Origin: an uncultured Methanomicrobiales archaeon
GTDB taxonomy: Archaea; Halobacteriota; Methanomicrobia; Methanomicrobiales; Methanospirillaceae
Reading direction: 5' to 3'
NCBI GenBank assembly: GCA_963758915.1
Contig: CAVWXH010000017.1
Coordinates: 1 to 11,113 of the forward strand
Length of the DNA stretch: 11,113 bases
Shown: positions 7,498 to 11,113 of the stretch, piece after piece
Position numbering within the stretch: position 1 is the first letter of the stretch
Layout of the letters: every line of letters starts with the position of its first letter
Notes under the pieces: generated by a model
Seen by the model: only the letters and a program-made list of their open reading frames with translations
What the model was told of the DNA's origin: nothing
Databases searched by the model: none
Translations under genes and position numbers: made by a program

Positions 7498-8928
7498 TCA
7501 GACCTCTTTTTTTGCTATTCCCGCCCGGAGCAAGGATACCCCGGCGGCAAGGAGGGTAAGCACCGCAGAAACCACCATGATCAGGGAAAATGCCGAAGAG
7601 AGGATTACCGGTCCGGCCAGGAGTACCGGCCCTGAGTATCCTGCATGGCTGGTACTGATCGATAACAGGATACTGGCCAGCGAAACACCAAGCGCCATAC
7701 CGAGATTCCTTACCGTCGCGCTGACACTTGATGCAATACCGATCTTTTCAGCCGGAAGGGAACTCATGATCTCGGTATTATTGGGACTCTGGAACAGGAC
7801 CATCCCGATGGTCATGGGGATGAACGCCAGCACAATCAGGAACAGGTCCATCCTCGTGGATAGGACGGCCAGCAGGAGCAAAGAGCCTGTTGTAACGGCC
7901 ATACCAACTGCCGCATAATACGGGGAATAATGGTTGTCATAGAGCCATCCCGCCACGGGAGAGCCCACTACCATGATCACGGGGATTATGAGGAACACCA
8001 GGCCGACCTGCGATGGCAGGAGATTGAGGACCCCCTCAAAATAGAACGGGCCGAGGATATTCACCATGAAGAGAGCGATGAAATATAATGCGGTGGCAAG
8101 GACTGGCAGGCAGAATGCAGGTACGCGGAAAATTGAGAGGTCCAGAAGGGGATTTGACACCCTCCGCTCCGTGAGAAGGAAGAGGGTAAACGAGGCCAGG
8201 AAAATAGCGGTATAGAACGCTACAGGCGGGGTAACCGCGAGGTCCGCTGCAAGGGATGACAGGGCGAGCATTAAGGATACCATGAAGATGACCATCGTGA
8301 CGGCCCCGGTCCAGTCCATCCTGATATCTTTTTTGACAGGGCCACCCGAACCGAAATATTTCATTGCGACCGGTATGAGCACCGCACCGATCGGGACATT
8401 GATCAGGAAGATATACTGCCATCCAAGCGTATCAACAAGGAAACCCCCAAGTACCGGCCCGGCGATGCTGCCAATGGCGACGGTGGCGCCTACATACCCC
8501 ATGGATTTTCCCTGCTCTCCGCGGGGATACAGCTGGTAAATGATCGCACTCGAGATGGAGAACAGCATTGCAGCACCCGTTGCCTGGACAACCCGGAACA
8601 TAATCAGGACGGGGAGGTCAGGCGCAAGGCCGCAGGCAAGCGATCCGAGGGTAAAAACTACAAACCCGAGAATAAACATCCGCCCCCTCCCGACATACTC
8701 CGACACCCTCCCGAATATGAGGAGAAGACTTGTCAGTGTCACGAGGTACGCGGTGACGACCCACTGGGAGTAGGTCACATCCACCCCGAAATAGGAGGTA
8801 ATTGTGGGTAGTGCGATATTCACCACATTGCCGTCGAGGACTGCCATAAAAATAGCGGCAAAAACGATAAATGCCATGAACCGGGGGTTTTTTGTATCCG
8901 CCGGAGTATGACTGGCAGGGAGGGACAT
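7498..8928 (-). CDS. MFS transporter, DHA2 (EmrB/QacA-like, ~14 TM) drug:H+ antiporter family, 476 aa
   Basis: Motif D1 LDGNVVNIALPTI, motif A-like GRVSEYVGRGR, motif B FRVVQATG, motif C GPVLGG, WQYIFLINVPIG, ERRVSNPLLDL. Confidence 0.93.
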   Translation of the reverse strand: MSLPASHTPADTKNPRFMAFIVFAAIFMAVLDGNVVNIALPTITSYFGVDVTYSQWVVTAYLVTLTSLLLIFGRVSEYVGRGRMFILGFVVFTLGSLACGLAPDLPVLIMFRVVQATGAAMLFSISSAIIYQLYPRGEQGKSMGYVGATVAIGSIAGPVLGGFLVDTLGWQYIFLINVPIGAVLIPVAMKYFGSGGPVKKDIRMDWTGAVTMVIFMVSLMLALSSLAADLAVTPPVAFYTAIFLASFTLFLLTERRVSNPLLDLSIFRVPAFCLPVLATALYFIALFMVNILGPFYFEGVLNLLPSQVGLVFLIIPVIMVVGSPVAGWLYDNHYSPYYAAVGMAVTTGSLLLLAVLSTRMDLFLIVLAFIPMTIGMVLFQSPNNTEIMSSLPAEKIGIASSVSATVRNLGMALGVSLASILLSISTSHAGYSGPVLLAGPVILSSAFSLIMVVSAVLTLLAAGVSLLRAGIAKKEV

Positions 8929-9059
8929 TTGACGGTATACTATCTCCTCCGTACGGGTTTATAGTTTCAGGATTACCGGGTTACCGAAACGCCGGCTGTT
9001 TTACCAGCAACCCACCACGCTGTATCACAACAGGGAGACTACCGGAAACAGGAGTCTAC

Positions 9060-9093
9060 AAACCCCGGATACGAAGAAAAAATCCCGGGGTTT
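9060..9093 (-). terminator. Oligo-T tract enclosed by a 9-bp inverted repeat at the flavoprotein stop codon
   Basis: aaaccccgg (9060-9068)/ccggggttt (9085-9093). The loop reads ttttttctt on the minus strand. Confidence 0.5.
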
Positions 9094-9760
9094 AGTTAAT
9101 TTTCCCGGTTTCTTTCCAGAACTCGTACTCGTGGGTCCAGGTGTCCTTGTTCATGAGGACAAGGTTTTTCATATATTCAGCCCGCTCCCGGTGAAGTTTC
9201 TCCTGCTCAGGGTATTCCTCGTGGTTAATGATCGCATCTGCGAGCATGGTTCCAAGGTTATAGGCCTCGTTCTCCCGGTTGGAAATAGCTGCCGGATTGC
9301 CAAGGATATTCACCCCGACAAGGCCAACGGTCGTAGCACCCATCTGCTGAAGTGAGCGGTTGAGATACGCTGCCACTTCTTCTGCACCGGACCCGCCTGC
9401 CGTCGACACTGAGCAACCGTACTTCCCTCTAAGCATCTGGCAGTGGATCACGTCTGCCATCCGGTCAAGGACTACCTTGACCTGGGCCGTCACGTTATTG
9501 ATGTAATTCGGTGAGCCGAGAACGATCCCATCTGCAACAAGGATCTTTTCAAGCAGTTCCTGATAGTCATCAGCACTGATGCAATCCCCTTTTGCATAGC
9601 ATACACCACATCCGGTACAGAAATTGATCTCAAGTTCGCAGAGGTCAGTATATTCGATATCCGCACCTGAGTCCTTCGCCCCTTCGAGTACCTTCATCAC
9701 AAGGCGCAGCGTCTGGCTGTTTTTCCCGTGTGGGCTTCCGTTTAGACCTATAATCTTCAT
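9092..9760 (-). CDS. Iron-sulfur flavoprotein (Isf-like; flavodoxin/NADPH-dependent FMN reductase family), ~222 aa
   Basis: KIIGLNGSP FMN-binding loop, compact Cx2Cx2Cx5C motif CTGCGVCYAKGDC, ADGIVLGSPNY, K..LDR. ATG 9760 is preceded by ggagagtga (alternative GTG 9766). Confidence 0.9.
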   Translation of the reverse strand: MKIIGLNGSPHGKNSQTLRLVMKVLEGAKDSGADIEYTDLCELEINFCTGCGVCYAKGDCISADDYQELLEKILVADGIVLGSPNYINNVTAQVKVVLDRMADVIHCQMLRGKYGCSVSTAGGSGAEEVAAYLNRSLQQMGATTVGLVGVNILGNPAAISNRENEAYNLGTMLADAIINHEEYPEQEKLHRERAEYMKNLVLMNKDTWTHEYEFWKETGKIN

Positions 9761-9873
9761 ATTCACTCTCCCAACCTGTTCATTTAATCCGGTTTACTGC
9801 CACCCATTAATAGGTTCTGGTCCTGGTCGTTCCGGTTGAAAACATTCCAGGGGATCATTATTCAGGCTCTTTT

Positions 9874-10374
9874 TTATGAACTATGTATCACCCCCAGCAT
9901 AACTTTCCAGGCGCTTAATTTTTCAGCAAACGGGGTCCGGGCATTGGCCGGGCTCGTCGAGGGGAGGATATGAATATCCGCCTGGGAGCGCCAGACCTGC
10001 CTGAATTTCCCAAGATACCTTCCTGCCGTGGCACCATTGGCAATCACCATCCTGACCGTCGGATTGTCATCAAGAAAGAGTGGGATATCGTTCAGGGTGG
10101 CATTCCTGATGGCCGTGTCCATTGCCCCACGACGCTCACAGGAGAAAATCACGTCCCAGATCGCGATATCGTTCATCTTCAGGCCCGCGAGCTTTTCCGT
10201 ATATGGTAACCCCTTTGAAATACCGAGGTGTACCTCTATGATGTTCCAGAACTGGTTCCTTGGATTTGCGTAATACTCTCCTGCCTCAAGCGAGAGCGGA
10301 CTTGGAAAACTACCAAGGATCAGTACACGTGGATTACCACCGGATTCAAACGGTAATCCCTGCAATAATGGCAT
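9874..10374 (-). CDS. Hypoxanthine (deoxyinosine)-DNA glycosylase, UDG superfamily family 6, 166 aa
   Basis: LILGSFPS..SL...YYANPRNQFW, IAIWDV, NG..A and LPSTSPAN motifs. Confidence 0.9.
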   Translation of the reverse strand: MPLLQGLPFESGGNPRVLILGSFPSPLSLEAGEYYANPRNQFWNIIEVHLGISKGLPYTEKLAGLKMNDIAIWDVIFSCERRGAMDTAIRNATLNDIPLFLDDNPTVRMVIANGATAGRYLGKFRQVWRSQADIHILPSTSPANARTPFAEKLSAWKVMLGVIHSS

Positions 10375-10470
10375 TCACAAACCCCTTCACACGTAACAAG
10401 TACCAGGCTTATCCCCGCGCTCTTCTTCATCCTTTACCGTCATGCCAATTATGTACTCCCTTTTAAGGTG

Positions 10471-10533
10471 CAGCCTGACGGGTAATTATCCCGTTACAGG
10501 CTGGTGATATAGCCAGATAAAAAGATATTAATA
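10471..10533 (+). promoter_or_regulatory. Palindromic element followed by the BRE/TATA-like promoter of msrB
   Basis: cagcctg-acggg-taattat-cccgt-ta-caggctg (10471-10503), then aaaaaga-tattaata (TATA at 10526-10533). Confidence 0.5.
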
Positions 10534-10593
10534 ATGCGATAGACCACTGCTCATAACCGGAGGACCGGATGTCATCTAACCAGGCCGGAGCTG

Positions 10594-11037
10594 ATGGATA
10601 ATAAAGTACCAATATTCGTGGAGAAAACAGGACGTGTTGAGCTCCTTGACCGGATGGAGAAGACAGACGAGGAATGGAGTGCCATCCTTACCAGGGACCA
10701 GTTCGGAATTGCGCGGAAAGCAGGGACCGAACCCCCGTTTTCGAACAAGTACTATGATTTCCACGAAAAGGGGACCTACCATTGTGTCTGCTGTGGCACG
10801 GATCTCTTCTCTTCAGATGCAAAATTCCGCTCAGGTACCGGGTGGCCGAGTTTTTATGCCCCGATATCAGACCTGAACGTGAAGACCACGGTCGACAAGA
10901 CAGGCGGGATGGTGCGGACCGAGGTACTCTGCACACGATGTGCAGCCCATCTCGGGCATGTATTTGATGATGGTCCGCCACCGACGCATAAACGGTATTG
11001 CATGAATTCAGCTTCCCTGCGGTTTGCAAAGCGGTAG
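10594..11037 (+). CDS. msrB: Peptide-methionine (R)-S-oxide reductase, Zn-binding Cys form
   Basis: GTEPPF, CxxC pairs (CVCC, CTRC), GWPSF, RTEV, HLGHVFDDGP, RYCMNS. The true start may be ATG 10569 if one base is extra. Confidence 0.96.
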   Translation: MDNKVPIFVEKTGRVELLDRMEKTDEEWSAILTRDQFGIARKAGTEPPFSNKYYDFHEKGTYHCVCCGTDLFSSDAKFRSGTGWPSFYAPISDLNVKTTVDKTGGMVRTEVLCTRCAAHLGHVFDDGPPPTHKRYCMNSASLRFAKR

Positions 11038-11113
11038 GCCACTGCAAAAGGGGGAGACCCCTGAAAAATGAAGGGACATAACTATTTTTCACAGGCACTA
11101 AGAAGTAGTGACG

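Noticed and set aside
6875-8974. 11-bp inverted match aatcctgaaac (6875-6885)/gtttcaggatt (8964-8974) flanking the MFS gene, as possible transposon ends
   Set aside because: Distant 11-mer matches are expected by chance in 11 kb. No transposase or target-site duplication is present.
11049-11062. agggg-gaga-cccct hairpin after msrB as a SECIS element
   Set aside because: msrB has no in-frame TGA and the stem is only 5 bp. At most a 3'-end structure.
203-11098. Many antisense or alternate-frame ORFs in the track (e.g. 3501-4043, 4393-4935, 5382-5891, 7373-7918, 10688-11098)
   Set aside because: They are shadows of well-supported genes and have no protein motifs.
1-11113. CRISPR array, tRNA, rRNA or IS element
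   Set aside because: No regularly spaced repeats, cloverleaf, rRNA signature or transposase/integrase motif found by eye.

Overview
Archaeal window, most likely a Methanomicrobiales methanogen. This is inferred from the F420-type FdhB, Cys-type FdhA, iron-sulfur flavoprotein, soluble REC-GAF histidine kinase and TATA-like promoters. Gene order: hybrid histidine kinase (+); small DUF6790-like membrane protein (-); formate dehydrogenase fdhA-fdhB (+); ferritin/rubrerythrin-like di-iron protein (+); an unexplained ~820 bp gap between convergent genes; DHA2-type MFS transporter (-); iron-sulfur flavoprotein (-); hypoxanthine-DNA glycosylase (-); msrB (+). The most striking feature is that fdhA is broken by a single extra base near 3933. 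Two other genes (the membrane protein and msrB) also look as if one extra base separates them from a more natural N-terminus. This points to sequencing/assembly indel errors, recent decay or, least likely, +1 recoding. Other observations are a ModE-like box upstream of fdhA, several intergenic inverted repeats and a grouping of oxidative-damage genes next to fdhAB. I saw no rRNA, tRNA, CRISPR array or transposase. I cannot support a clearly new biological system from the sequence alone.
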